The notes: generated by a model from the sequence alone, not told the origin. Counted from the stretch's first letter, positions 12,385 to 29,224 are shown. The stretch: 64,000 nt of DNA from Eledone cirrhosa (GCA_964016885.1 OZ024743.1:376092001-376156000), one strand, 5' to 3'. Program-made: numbers and translations.

Positions 12385-14316
12385 GGCCTTCTTTAAATTT
12401 GCAAAAGAAACTGCCTCAGTACACTGCAAGATTGGGTCACTCTTCCATACGGACGGTTCATTAACCGAAAACCCCCAAGAGATATGTGAAATACTGAACG
12501 AACAGTACAAAAGTGTGTTCACATGTCCACTGAGGCACAGGCAAATAACGAAGCCAGAGGAGTTCTTTGATGTCACAACACTACATGAAGAAATGGCAAC
12601 CATCAACCACATAGACATAACGGAGGAGGATGTGGTGTACGCCATTGATGAAATTAGATCAGACTCGGCTGCTGGAGCTGATGGATTCCCAGCAGTTCTC
12701 TTAAAAAATGTAAGCGGGATTTAGCAACTCCACTGAAGATGCTCTTCAGAAGCTCCTTGGCTAGCGGTCTACTACCCGGGGAGCTGAAAGAAGGCACAAT
12801 ATTCCCTATCCATAAAGGAGGTGGCAGAGCGGAGGCCAAAAACTATAGGCCAGTCTCCCTGACGTCGCATATCAGTAAGGTCATGGAACGAGTCGTCAGA
12901 AAGAAACTGATCACTTTCCTCGAGGACAATGACCGCCTGACTAGCACGTAACATGGCTTCCGCCCAGGAAGAAGCTGCCTTACACAGCTGCTACATCACT
13001 ACGACTGGGTACTGAAACATCTACTAGACAGCTCACATGTGGACGTGATATATCTTGACTTTGCGAAGGCCTTTGACAAGGTCGACCACGGAATGATATG
13101 TCACAAACTACACGGACTCGGCATAACTGGAAAAGTAGGTGAGTGGCTGCATGACTTCCTAAAGGACAGAAGCCAGGCAGTCGCAGAAAATGGGGCCCTC
13201 TCAAAGGAAACACCAATAACAAGTGGTGTGCCCCAGGGGACAGTCCTGGGACCACTATTGTTTTTGGTGGCTCTCTCAGACATGCCCTCTGTAGTACATA
13301 CAGCAACATCCCTCACTAGCTATGCTGATGACACTAAGGTAGCACAGGCAATCAAAAACCCGGCTGACGCTGCCCTTTTACAGCAAGACCTGGATGCCAT
13401 ATACAAATTGGCGGAAGAAAACAACATGCAGTTTAATGCTAGCAAATTCCAAGCCCTACAATACAAACCTCGAAACAAACCTGCAAACACAAATATAGTA
13501 GAACATAACTACACAGGACCAGGAGGGACCGATATCCCCGTGTCAAAATCGATACGAGACTTGGGCATAGACATGAGCGATGATGCATCTTTTTCTTCAC
13601 ACATCATGAAAGTGGCGACAATGTGCAGACGACTCGCTGGCTGGATCTTGAGGACTTTCCGGACAAGAGATCGAGACACCATGTTGAGACTATGGAGGAC
13701 TTTTGTCCTAAGCCGCCTGGATACTGCTCCCAGTTGTGGTCACCCCATAGTGTCAAATTAACCACGGAATTTGTGGTAGTTCAGCGAAGCTACACCAAGA
13801 GGATTGCCAAGATGAGGGAGACAAGCTACTGGGAGAGGCTAAAGGAACTGAACCTCTACTCCTTGGAGCGAAGACGGGAGAGATACGCAGTGATCTACAT
13901 GTGGAAAATCGTGGAGGGTCTAGCACCAAACTTTGGCATTGGGAGCTGGACCAACCGTCGAACAGGACGTCACTGTGTGGTGCCAAATGTCCCGTCTTCC
14001 AAATCTAGAATAAGGAGCAGGTATTGCAATAGCTTGGGATTCAAGGGCCCTCAACTCTTCAACAAGCTGCGAGGGATCTGAGAGATTTGCATGACGTGGA
14101 GGTGGATGTCTTCAAGAAACATCTCGACACCTTGTTATCCAGGATCCCGGATGAGCCCACAGCAAGACACGAGGGAAACCTAAGGGCAGCAGCAACAAAC
14201 TCCCTCCTACACCAGTGGCCAACCTATACAGGCTGGAGATAAAATGTGTAGCAACAAGGGCGGTGCCCCAGCATTGCCTCAGCCGGATGGCTGAAACAGG
14301 TAAAAGAGTAAAAGGG
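12385..14316 (+). mobile_element. 5'-truncated non-LTR retrotransposon, CR1/L2-type RT, disrupted by stops and frameshifts
   Basis: NYRPVSLTSHISKVMER, YLDFAKAFDKVDHG, SGVPQGTVLGPLLF, YADDTK, IRDLG, LYSLERRRERY; 3' tail ggcggtgccccagcattgcctcagccggatggctgaaac; flanked by (TA)n. Confidence 0.9.
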
Positions 14317-15591
<1,275 letters not shown>

Positions 15592-15744
15592 CAAGATGTA
15601 TGGTAGGTCGTATGTGAATCGCAATGATCACGTCTGACCTACCAAATATATGACGGTAGCTAGTTAAGCTCTATGCGTATACGCAGAGCAGAAATATTAG
15701 TGAAAAAGAACAAAGGTACTATTATGACATTATAACGAGTTTAT

Positions 15745-15791
15745 TGCCGACAGCCGTTTCGTCCGACCATATGGTGGGACTTTTCAAGGCA
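15745..15791 (-). ncRNA. Hammerhead ribozyme (U3/A8 variant); inverted, GAAA-mutated twin at 15865-15911 (+), within palindrome ~15695-15960
   Basis: Minus strand: tgcc TTGAAAA gtcc-caccatatggtc-ggac GAAA cggctg TC ggca. Confidence 0.75.
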
Positions 15792-15956
15792 TATAACATG
15801 TGATTGTAGGATCATTGATGTAGGATTGTTGATGTAAATAATAATCCTACAATCACATGTTATATGCCTTGAAAAGTCCTACCTTATGGTCGGACAAAAC
15901 GGCTGTCGGCAATAAACTCGTTATAATGTCATAATAGTTCCTTTGTTCTTTTTCAG

Positions 15957-15990
<34 letters not shown>

Positions 15991-15996
<6 letters not shown>

Positions 15997-16089
15997 AGAT
16001 CAAAAGATGGTTAAAGGAGTTCCATGTATTTTATTATGCGCATTTCAAAAATACATGGAACTCCTTTAACCATCTTTTGATCTTATATT
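15991..16089. repeat. Short fold-back palindrome (~42-bp arms)
   Basis: aatataagatcaaaagatggttaaaggagttccatgtatttt / aaaatacatggaactcctttaaccatcttttgatcttatatt. Confidence 0.9.
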
Positions 16090-16174
16090 ATGTATACTCC
16101 AGTCCTACAAACTGTAGAGTGCTTTTTATCCGATATCTGCATTGCTTTATTGTACTACAATAAAACTCACCTCC

Positions 16175-16267
<93 letters not shown>

Positions 16268-16383
16268 GTGTATATATATATATATATATATCTGTATAAT
16301 ATATAAGAACAAAAGATGTACTACAATAAAACTCACCTACATTATATATCTGTATATATATATATCTGTATATATATATATAC

Positions 16384-16468
<85 letters not shown>

Positions 16469-16625
16469 TAGGTAAATATACACGGGTGTGTATGATTGTG
16501 TATAGAAGATTATATTAATAAGAGGAATTCCAACTTTGTCTGATTTACTCGTTTTATTTACAATCCTTTAAAATATATATAATATGACAGTTGAAAATTG
16601 CAAACTCGACTGTCACCACATATCA

Positions 16626-16664
16626 TGAACCTGAAGATTGCGAAAGCATGAAAGTACTTGTTCA
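16626..16664 (+). ncRNA. Minimal type I hammerhead ribozyme, enclosed by inverted arms 16518-16586/16713-16783
   Basis: tgaac CTGAAGA t-tgc-gaaa-gca-t GAAA gtac TT gttca. Confidence 0.8.
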
Positions 16665-16780
16665 ATTAACACTTAGAATTTAATATTCTATCATACTATT
16701 TCATTATAATACCATATTATATATATTTTAAAGGATTGTAAATAAAACGAGTAAATCAGACAAAGTTGGAATTCCTCTTA

Positions 16781-16898
<118 letters not shown>

Positions 16899-16952
16899 TA
16901 TACAGATATATATATATATATATATACAGATATATATACAAATATATATATC

Positions 16953-16983
<31 letters not shown>

Positions 16984-17603
16984 GAGAGGTATAGAGATTG
17001 TTTTAGCGAGAAACTAACGGCATTCTATAACATATATGCGACTATAACGTCAAGATGGGAAAAGTAGTTAACGTAAGATTTAGGAAAAATAATTCAAACT
17101 CATCTCAAAAGAGAATCAGGATATAAATTCATCCACAGAATTTAGTGCAATCCAGGGAAAAATCAATAGACCTTTAACTCATGATAAAACAAAGTTTAAA
17201 ACACTTATCATTCAATTTGGAATAACATCAAATGCTCTGTATAGTCTGAAAAGACTATTTCATGAAAACGTTCAGTGGAGATGGTCACGGTTGGATTTCA
17301 ATCGTCAGCAGAGCTCAACAGAAACCAGGGCTCTCACAGTATTATAATCCGAAAAAGGGAATTCTAAAACTGGCGAGTTCGCCATCATGTGTAATTATGA
17401 AAAAGCACATGAGGAAAAACGGAGCTAGTGACGTCAGGATGAAAGTGAATGTTTATTTACAAGAAATAGCAGTCAAATACATTCTGAAAAAAACTCTACA
17501 AAAGGAGTTCAGCAAATAGCAATAATTATCACAGTTTTTATAAAAAAAACCTGGATTAGTCACAGATATTTTAAGCACTCTAGGAAAAGAATCCGAGTAT
17601 AAG

Positions 17604-17834
<231 letters not shown>

Positions 17835-17863
17835 GTAAATATACATATATATATATATATATA

Positions 17864-19399
<1,536 letters not shown>

Positions 19400-19428
19400 T
19401 ATATATATATATATATATATATATTTAC

Positions 19429-19509
<81 letters not shown>

Positions 19510-19511
19510 TA

Positions 19512-19553
<42 letters not shown>

Positions 19554-19610
19554 CGGATTAACAAATAATAGTTAAATGAAGTCCACTGTGTATTTTCTTC
19601 ATTGTCGCAT

Positions 19611-19716
19611 GCTCCGAAGATCTGACTGGTTATAATTCTGTATTGGCGATCGAGTAACGCAAAATTAAGCGGATAGCGATCTCTAGACATACCAGTTCAG
19701 TGAAACAAATGTAAGC
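19611..19716 (+). ncRNA. Hammerhead-like motif with CCGAAGA core and long stem II insertion (family E)
   Basis: gct CCGAAGA t-ctgactggt-(~60 nt)-accagttcag-t GAAA caaatg TA agc; copies at 38361-38466 (-) and 38607-38712 (+). Confidence 0.65.
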
Positions 19717-19768
19717 TATGTGATTAAAAACTTTTTTGTATAGCAAACCATGTAAACCTTCTTTCCTG

Positions 19769-19830
<62 letters not shown>

Positions 19831-19844
19831 TTTTTAATATAGAT

Positions 19845-19950
19845 GAGATTCTACAGGACTAGAACTGTTTCATTCATTAGAAATCATCAGGAATCTCGAG
19901 ATTCCTGATGATTTCTAATGAATGAAACAGTTCTAGTCCTGTAGAATCTC
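19845..19950. ncRNA. Two head-to-head hammerhead ribozymes forming a perfect palindrome (19845-19897 minus; 19898-19950 plus)
   Basis: gagattc CTGATGA t-ttc-taat-gaa-t GAAA cag-ttctagtc-ctg TA gaatctc; symmetry centre CTCGAG at 19895-19900. Confidence 0.8.
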
Positions 19951-20057
19951 ATCTATATTAAAACTGTTATACTCTGCTATGTATTGAGTACCTTACTTAC
20001 TGTGGTTACCTCCGATTCAACCCGGAATAACGTATATATATATATATATATATATAC

Positions 20058-20130
<73 letters not shown>

Positions 20131-20134
<4 letters not shown>

Positions 20135-20735
20135 CGAAAGGTCTGTTTTCTTGACTCGCTCATATATTCACACAGCTTATGCTGAAAGAATAACTATGTT
20201 GCTTGTGTTTATTTCCATCTTCGGTTAGCTTCCCCCTGTGTTGTTTACTTGTCTCACTCGCTTTACGCGTTTCTTTTGTCCTAATAACTTATTTTAGTTA
20301 TTATCGCTCCAACGTGAGGTATATGATTTTTAATGCGATGAAATACCCATGATCGTTTGGGAAATCACTGATGAGGGACTCATTTTATAACATGTTATCC
20401 ATGTGCAACCAGCAGTATTCTACTCACCCATATTTTCATATATTTACCCAAACTGCAATTCTGTGTTTCTCTCTTACACTCTTACTGCTCCCTCGTTCTC
20501 TCTTACTCTCTTACTTTCTTTCGTCCCCTCTGCCACGTCAGTTAACTCTTTCTCTCTACTGACCTCTTCCTCGCACTCCCACTCACTCAGTCCCTGTTTC
20601 TCCCTTCTTTCTTCCTCCCGTTCGCTGGGAAAACGGTTTTCATTCTTTCTAACACCGGATTCACTAGCGAAAGGTCTGTTTTCTTGACTCGCTCATATAT
20701 TCACACAGCTTATGCTGAAAGAATAACTATGTTGC
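20131..20735. repeat. Non-coding segment bounded by a ~70-bp direct repeat (20132-20203 / 20665-20736), at the 5' junction of the downstream PLE
   Basis: tagcgaaaggtctgttttcttgactcgctcatatattcacacagcttatgctgaaagaataactatgttgct occurs twice. Confidence 0.8.
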
Positions 20736-20736
20736 T

Positions 20737-22108
20737 AATAAAAATGGTCGCACATGCAATAGGGGCTAGTATCAAAACTACCCTAAAGGACATATTTAAG
20801 TTCAATGAGAAAATCTACACCCAAAATGAGGGAGCAGCCATCGGCGTCAGCATAGCTGGCGATGTTGCCAACCTTTTCATGGTATGGTGGGAAAGGAGAC
20901 TTAAGGATCTCCTTAATGAAAGCTCCATAGACCTCATCATGTACTCTCGTTATGTAGACGATATCAATATAGTTATAAGAACACCCCCACTAGAGAGCAC
21001 TAACAAGTTTGATTTAGAACGTAGCACGATGGAAAGCATCCAGCAGATAGCTAATTCCATACACCAGAGTATAACTGTAACTATAGACTTCCCTTCCAAA
21101 CACCCTAACAATAGACTACCTGTATTAGACACAGAACTCTGGATTAACACTATAGACGAGAGAGCCCAAATTCTCCACTCACACTATGCTAAACCCATGG
21201 CCTCCAAATACCTGATACTCAAAAACTCAGCAATGTCCAGTAGTGCTAAGTTTAATATTCTGATCGCAGATTTGGTACGAGTGATGAAGAATGTGTCCAG
21301 CATGTGCGACCCAACAGAAATGGAAGGACACATCCAACACTTCATCAACCGCATGCAGTTCTCTGGCTACAACCAAAGAGACAGAGTCAGAGTATACGAA
21401 GGAGCCATGGAAAAGTATAAGACCCTCATAGAACTGGACATGAAAGGAATTTGCCCACTATACAGGAGCAAATCATGGAATAGCTTAGATAGGGCTAGAC
21501 ATAAGATAGGGAAGGCCACATCATGGTACGACAACCAGAGATATCAGAGTGTCATGTTTGTGGACGCCACCCCTGGAGGGAAATTAGCTAACCAGTGTAG
21601 AAAGGCCCTGAGAAAGACCCACTTAAAAATAAAGGTGGTAGAAAAGCCAGGAACCACCATAAAATCCCTGATCAGCAAAACCTACCCTTTTAAGAAAACC
21701 CACTGTACCAATAGGAAATGTATCATATGTAAGGTGAACCCCCGGATAAACTGTAAAACTAGAAACGTAGTCTATAGCATAAGATGTACAGAGGGTACTT
21801 GCAGAAACACGACAACAACATACATAGGTGAGACAGCTCGTAGCATAGGTGAAAGGATAGACCAACACTGGGGGGAACTAAAAGGACGAAAAAACGGGTC
21901 AGTACTATACGAACATGCTAGACAACATCATGACGGTAACATAGACAACATAGAAATTAGAATAATATCTAAACATAGGAATGACCCAGCAGATAGGCAA
22001 ATCAGAGAGGCCAGTGAAATAGAAATTAGAAGACCAAAGCTAAACAGAAAGAATGAGTGGAACAACAACAACACCCAAACAAACAACACTGACCTAAGAG
22101 AAGTATAA
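20737..22108 (+). mobile_element. 5'-truncated Penelope-like element: RT C-terminal half + GIY-YIG
   Basis: QNEGAAIGVSIAGDVANLFM, RYVDD, LPVLD, MQFSGY, MFVDATPGGKLA, CTNRKCIIC, NVVYSIRC..TYIGETARS..ERIDQH, RQIREA, LNRKNEW; the first ~17 codons of the track ORF come from the unrelated direct repeat. Confidence 0.9.
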
Positions 22109-22380
22109 ATAAATAAGTAAATTAAATAAAATAAAATAAGATAAATAAATACATACACAAGCACATAAACACACACTAGTCACCCAGCAGACACAACACT
22201 ATACACACTAGTCACACATCACACATAACACTATACACACACGCAAACGCATGCGCAAAGAAGACAAAATAAAATAAGATAAACAAACAAGCAAATAAAT
22301 AAATAAATATATAGACGGACTGAACAAAAAAAAAAAAAATGGCGTAGACATACAACACAACAGGAGGAACAATGAATATA

Positions 22381-22423
22381 ACACCACTGACGATGTTGCA
22401 GATGTGCAACGAAAGATTTATGT
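22381..22423 (+). ncRNA. Hammerhead-like motif in the 3' end of the PLE
   Basis: CTGACGA t-gttgca-gatg-tgcaac GAAA gatt TA tgt; stem I weak. Confidence 0.55.
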
Positions 22424-22632
22424 AAACTATATATATATGTGTTTGTCTATATTGTATCTGTATTATTTTATTTTTGACCGCCGGTCAGTCAATGGCAACA
22501 TTGAGGACCGAGTAAGTTAGATCGCAGATATATATATATAAAAGACAGCGAGAAGCGAAAACCAACCAAACAGTGAGTGTGTTCTGTTATTAATTCTGGC
22601 AATATTACGCAAATATGACCCTCCCCAAATAT

Positions 22633-22724
<92 letters not shown>

Positions 22725-22769
22725 TTGTATATATATATATATCTGTATATATATATCTGTATATATATT

Positions 22770-22856
<87 letters not shown>

Positions 22857-23188
22857 GTATACATCTGCCGTCACAGAACTAAAACCCTTTTTTCACACTA
22901 CAAGCCGAATATTACATAAAAGAGGGACATCCCCCAACTATATAAACCTTAATCTAGTTAGAAAAATATAAAAACAATCTCTTCTCAACATATATTAATA
23001 ACCTTAAATTACCACACTAATGATGGAAAGATATGCTGATGAGAATAGGTACAAATATGCGATAATGAATGTGTCTAAAAACGTCCATAAGTATGTATAT
23101 ATATGTGAAAATGTATATAAATAAGTAAATATATATATATATGTTTGATGTGTATAGTTAGATGTAAGTGTATTCATGTATTAAAGTG

Positions 23189-23257
<69 letters not shown>

Positions 23258-23807
23258 ATATGTGTATATGGATGTGTATGTATGTGTATGTGTGTACACA
23301 TGGACTAGAGTATGTATGTATATATGTGTGTGTCTATACGTGTGTATATAAAGATAAGTTGAAAATGTATACACATGAGCGCGTATGTATGTACATGAAT
23401 ATATGTGTGTATATATATGTGTATGCATGTGTATATATATGTAAGTATGAATATGTGAATTGTGAGTATATGTATTTTGTAGAGGTGTGCAAATATATTT
23501 GTTTGTGAATGCGTGGGTGAAAGGATACGTACACTTGAAAGAAAAATTTAAGTCTGAATGTTAATTAAGTGCAAACACAAAACCAACCACGCATATCTTT
23601 ACTATCTCTAATCCTTCTATAGATTTAGAAAAATAACCAATAATATATTCTATAAAAAATGTCAAAACAACAGATGGGAATCTAATTACTCACTGCCACC
23701 AAGAATTCTCACTGCTATCGAAAAACCACTCCTTCAACTATTCTTCTAACAACTTCACCCCTCCCTCCTAATATTCTCTATAAAAACTAAATAGGTCCTC
23801 AGTAATA

Positions 23808-23927
23808 TTATTCTGATGAAATGACAGTAAATAATAATATTGAAATATTGAATGTCTGCATAACTAAAAGTTTGTAGATAGCAGCTGTTTTAGGTTATGT
23901 AACTGTTATAGAAACACGTGTCAATAA
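23808..23927 (+). ncRNA. Hammerhead ribozyme with long loop II insertion
   Basis: ttatt CTGATGA a-atgacagt-(~70 nt)-actgttat-a GAAA cacgtg TC aataa. Confidence 0.7.
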
Positions 23928-24074
23928 ATTCCTTTCAACTAAACTGTATCCATTCAAATCTTTCTATTTTTCTCCGGATTACTTTTGGAACTACAACTGG
24001 AACCGTCGAGCAAACTCTACGTGAGCTGATAATCTACTGTGTGTAATATTTATATTACAACACAACGGAAAATA

Positions 24075-24489
<415 letters not shown>

Positions 24490-24490
<1 letters not shown>

Positions 24491-25720
24491 TTATTAAAAT
24501 AACAGATTAAAGTTTAAGCAAAGAATCGCTGCTTTCACCCTTAACGGGATCTTCTGAAACTAACAAAGTCAATCTGTAAACGCAGAACTGGATATTTCAA
24601 AAAACGTTGCAACCGGAGGAAGACAGGAAGACGATACTTTGGTTCGTGGTAACGTTAGCTGGCAAAGAACGGGAAAAACGAATAATACGTCATTGATAGG
24701 AGCGGTGAAAAACAATTACGCGCAAAGACAGAACCACGTTTATGGTATAAAGGAGGTCGTAGACTAATGTTCTCTTAGGTGGTGCATAGAGACGTTCTCT
24801 GGCAATGAACGAAAAAACGAAGATAATAAGTCATATGTGGAGCGTGGAGAACAAGACAAAACCACGTAAATGGTATAGCAGAAGTCGTAGACTAAAATTC
24901 TAACTAGGAGACCAAATGAATATCCGCTACAGAGTTAAGAACAAAGTAAATAAATACAATACAGAAGTAATAGAAACAAATAAATACATACACGCAAACA
25001 GATACGTACATACACAAGCATACGCAAAACCTTACCAAGGTATACAAAACCACGCACATATAAATATGTGTGTGTGTGTATGCTTGTGTACAAATAAATA
25101 AATAATTATATAAACGTATATAAGTAAATAAATACGTATATAACAAGCGCACACACATACCTACATATAAATACACGAATGTTCGGAGACGTAAGTCAAC
25201 TAAAACAAGAAGTACACATATACACACACCCACCATACGTACGAACCTGCATACTCACGCAGACGCAAAACTCCCGTATACACATAGCCAAACCCTAAAT
25301 ACCAGAATATGTAAAAATTATACGCCATAACAGTCAAATATACGTACGAGAAGGTATACTTACCTTCACAAAACTTACGGGTAATATATACTTACCTATG
25401 CAAATAAGTAAAGGAATAAACAAAACATATACTTAGCTCCCACATCAAGACGTAAAATATCCACGTATAGATCGTGCTATCCGTTATGGTATAACGTGGG
25501 GCTGTAATACAGGAAAGTTTTGTGCAATTTATGTTTACAAGCCGAAATTGCCTCAGATTTTTTGTTTAAGATGTGGTCTGTGGCGTAGAGTATTTCCAGG
25601 GCCTCAGCGGCGCAGAGGTCACATGGTCTTTTATTTCCGTTATACGATCTAGCCCTAGCTAGGATCTCCCAGTGTAACTTATATTGGGTGTGGTTGTCTT
25701 TTAGACTCCAGATATAAGCT
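24490..25720 (-). mobile_element. PLE 3' end (GIY-YIG C-terminus + ~1-kb 3' pLTR), same family as 61296-64000
   Basis: AYIWSLKDNHTQYKLHWEILARARSY..CDLC..E..ILNKKSEAISACKHK; near-identical to 61385-62620. Confidence 0.9.
24511..24561 (-). ncRNA. Hammerhead-like motif with CAGAAGA core
   Basis: Minus strand: agttt CAGAAGA t-ccc-gttaa-ggg-t GAAA gca-gcgattctt-tgc TT aaact; same core at 61405-61455; relative with CTGAAAA at 48431-48482. Confidence 0.6.
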
Positions 25721-25983
25721 CCCATACTGTTCTACTTATTGTTTCGACTTCCCCCCTCCTCCTCCCTAGTATCTTCTTTGACCTCTTGCCCAGCTGTAGT
25801 CGGCACTATCAACGCATGAATGGGTCTCCTCCACCCCCTCTCCCTCTTTCTACTACTGGCAGGTTCAGCTACCCCTTCCCCCCACAAATTGCCATCATAG
25901 AATTATTATGTTTCAACAACAAACTTTTGACCAATCCATGAGACAATCACTTTTACCATATATGGAATTACCCTTTGAATTAC

Positions 25984-26059
<76 letters not shown>

Positions 26060-26074
26060 GTATATATATATATG

Positions 26075-28330
26075 AATTATAAACAAAAACACTATTAAAA
26101 TCTCATACTCTACGACGCCTAACATAGCATACGACATAGCTAGCAGCAATAAAAGTAAAATTAATTCTTACTTCCGCCAAACGAAATCGCAACAGGAGGT
26201 AAACCTTCATAATACCTCTGTAGCAAGCAACCCTAATAATGGCAGTAATAATAGAAATAACACTAGTATAAGCAATAACACCCGGCTCAACAACCCGAAT
26301 GTCCAAAATCCTATAGCTACCACCAGGACTTCTGCACAGCATTATAACCAGCAGACTAACACCCAGAATAATTGTAACTGTAGAGCAAATAGAACCTGCC
26401 CTTTAGATAAAAAAAATGCCTAACCAAGGATATCATATACTCATGCACCGTCACAACTAGCAACTCTTCAGAAACCTATGTAGGCACCACTTCTAACTGC
26501 TTCAAACCAGATATAATTCGCACATCCACTCGTTCAAAAAGCACAGTCTAGCCAGCTCCACCTCACTATCTAGCTACATACACTATCTAAAAACTAAAAA
26601 TAAACCTTACACACTCAAATGGGAAGTGATAGGTAGCGCGACTTCGTACAAACCACCTAATAAATTTTGTAACCTCTGTATACTAGAGATCCACACTATT
26701 ATCTTCTCTAACCGTAACCTACTTAACAAAAAATCTGAAGTGTTTGCAACTTGCCAGCACCGCTTCAGACATTCCTTCCAAAACTTTAAGCCCAATATAT
26801 AGCAATATCGGACTTGAACCAGACACCACCTCTAGTATCAAACACCAGGGGCACACCTTATACCACATCCCCACACTCATTGATCTAATATAACACTAAT
26901 CGGGACATCCCTATAGAACCCTTCACAGTGGGAATACCCCTTTGTACTTCTACTTTAGGTGTGACTACTTCCAGTCGCTTGAACTGCACTACAGCACTTT
27001 ATAGTTAATGTAAAATTTAAGCATTGAATTGATTGTATTGTTGGTGCTATGCGGAGGAAGTGCCATCGTTGGATAAATGGAAGACTAATTAATCTAGTAA
27101 CGTTGATGAGCTGTACGACAGGTATGCTGAGTGCAGTGAATGTATTGCAAGTGGCGTATGGGTTGTACATATATGTATGATTTGATGGTCAGATTGGTGA
27201 CATGAGGAGTGTGGATTGACCTCTGGTCTGCCCTAGTGATGATTATCTTTCGACATCCAATATAGCATGCACGGACCCGGAACTTACCAGGGATCATTGT
27301 GCGTTGAAGTGATTCTGGAATCACCTTGCCTGGTTCTATGAGTAGACTACAATCACAGTGATCATTAATTTAGAAATCTCGCTCGTCGTGTATAATATTC
27401 ATTTGTGACACTCTACGATGGAGGATAATCACCATAATAGGAACACCTTCAACACAGCTTAATAGACTACATTATAGTTAAGACACTTTAAATTTGTAGA
27501 AACTGCGCATAACCATATAAGTTAGGGACTATTTTGAGACACAATTTAATAGTTAGTAATAGAAACCACTGAGTTACCTCCCCTCATGCATTAACTCCCC
27601 TTAGCCACACACACACACTTCCGGGTAATATTTCGATGTCGATTCTCGCAACGTAACAAACTGCTGTATTGAGCTAAAGAACATCAGACTTCGATTCTAT
27701 AACAGGATTGCCAAACGCCCAATATCGAATCGTCGTGGATTATGTGAGGGGCATATAATCTGAAAAATACGCTCCCCGGACTATGAAAATGTCGCAGTGC
27801 ATGAAATCCATATCATCGCTACACTACGCATTTCCAATATTTTGAATGCTTATATTTTTAATGCTTACATTATTTTTAATGCTTATATTATTTCTCCACG
27901 CCCAGGCTATAACAATCATATAAAGAATTCATTACAAGATCAACCCCCTTAACACTCTTGATTACCTGCTTAAGTGCTTCTATTACACGTAACTCTCTGC
28001 CACACTATATAAACAAGACGCACGTGCTTGCCACACGTATAACTATTGCACTCTATAACCGCTTAATTTCATGTTGTATTTTAACCTGTATTTTTGATTG
28101 TATCTTTTAATATGAATGTAATCTCTAAATGTGTACTGCCACACTAAATGCTGTAATGAATGTTGACCCACAATATTTGCATATGTATCTGTATGTCTCT
28201 TGGGTGAAAAGGAGGTCATATAAGTGTTCATTCAATAATGAATTGCTCCGAAGAAACCAAATCTCGGTTTGGAGGAAACATTTGTAAGCATAAAAATGTT
28301 TTGAACAGTTCTTTGATTCTTATAATTCAT
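26075..28330 (+). mobile_element. 5'-truncated PLE (CxCx5C linker, Naiad-like by inference): decayed EN coding 26075-26800 plus ~1.5-kb 3' region ending in a hammerhead
   Basis: INKNTIKISYSTTPNIA..., NCNCRANRTCPL, IIYSCTV..TYVGTT, CNLCILE, LNKKSEVFATCQH; the 3' region is duplicated at 48858-50495. Confidence 0.85.
28244..28290 (+). ncRNA. Hammerhead-like motif with CCGAAGA core
   Basis: tgct CCGAAGA aa-ccaaa-tctcgg-tttgg-ag GAAA catttg TA agca; copy at 50408-50454. Confidence 0.65.
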
Positions 28331-28789
28331 ATAACTGCTCTGTAAATCATCTGATGTTATTACATTGAGCTATTTAACTTACTGGTAATAAGGTAGTAAT
28401 ATATTACTGCCTACCACTATTTAGGGTTTATAAAAATATATATAACTACAAAAGGTTTTTGTATTTGCATAACCATAGATAGTATACTTAATACTTAATA
28501 CTATATATATATATATATATATATATCTATATATATATATTATATACATATATATATTATATACATATATATATTATATATATATATATATTATATATAT
28601 ATATATATATCTGTATATATATATTAAATATTTATATATATCTGTATATATATATATATTATATATATCTATATATCTGTATATATATATATAGGAACGA
28701 TCGACTTTCGTCAAATCGGACCGAGGGAACAATGTTTCCGTTGGTCTTTCCAATTGCTAATACTATCTATCGGTCGCAACTCCAGGTAG

Positions 28790-28911
28790 AAGGAGCAACG
28801 TGAAATAAAGTGTCTTGCTCAAGGACATAACGCATCGCCTGGTCCAGGAATCGAACTCATAACCTTACGATTGCGAATCCAATTCTCTAACCACTCAGCC
28901 ACACGCCTTCA
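28790..28911 (-). mobile_element. tRNA-derived SINE 5' part
   Basis: Minus strand: A box TGGCTGAGTGG, B box GAGTTCGATTCC, followed by ..gtccttgagcaagacacttta core-like sequence. Confidence 0.8.
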
Positions 28912-29164
<253 letters not shown>

Positions 29165-29180
29165 ATATATCTGTATATAT

Positions 29181-29224
<44 letters not shown>

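Noticed and set aside
17262-17519. 85-aa non-repetitive ORF
   Set aside because: No recognisable motif; lies in an island between (TA)n tracts, probably a decayed TE piece
20255-20400. GAAAcgcgTA on the minus strand and CTGATGA on the plus strand
   Set aside because: Half-motifs on opposite strands; could not assemble a complete fold
28790-28911. tRNA-like A/B boxes
   Set aside because: Continues into SINE core sequence with no complete cloverleaf; annotated as SINE
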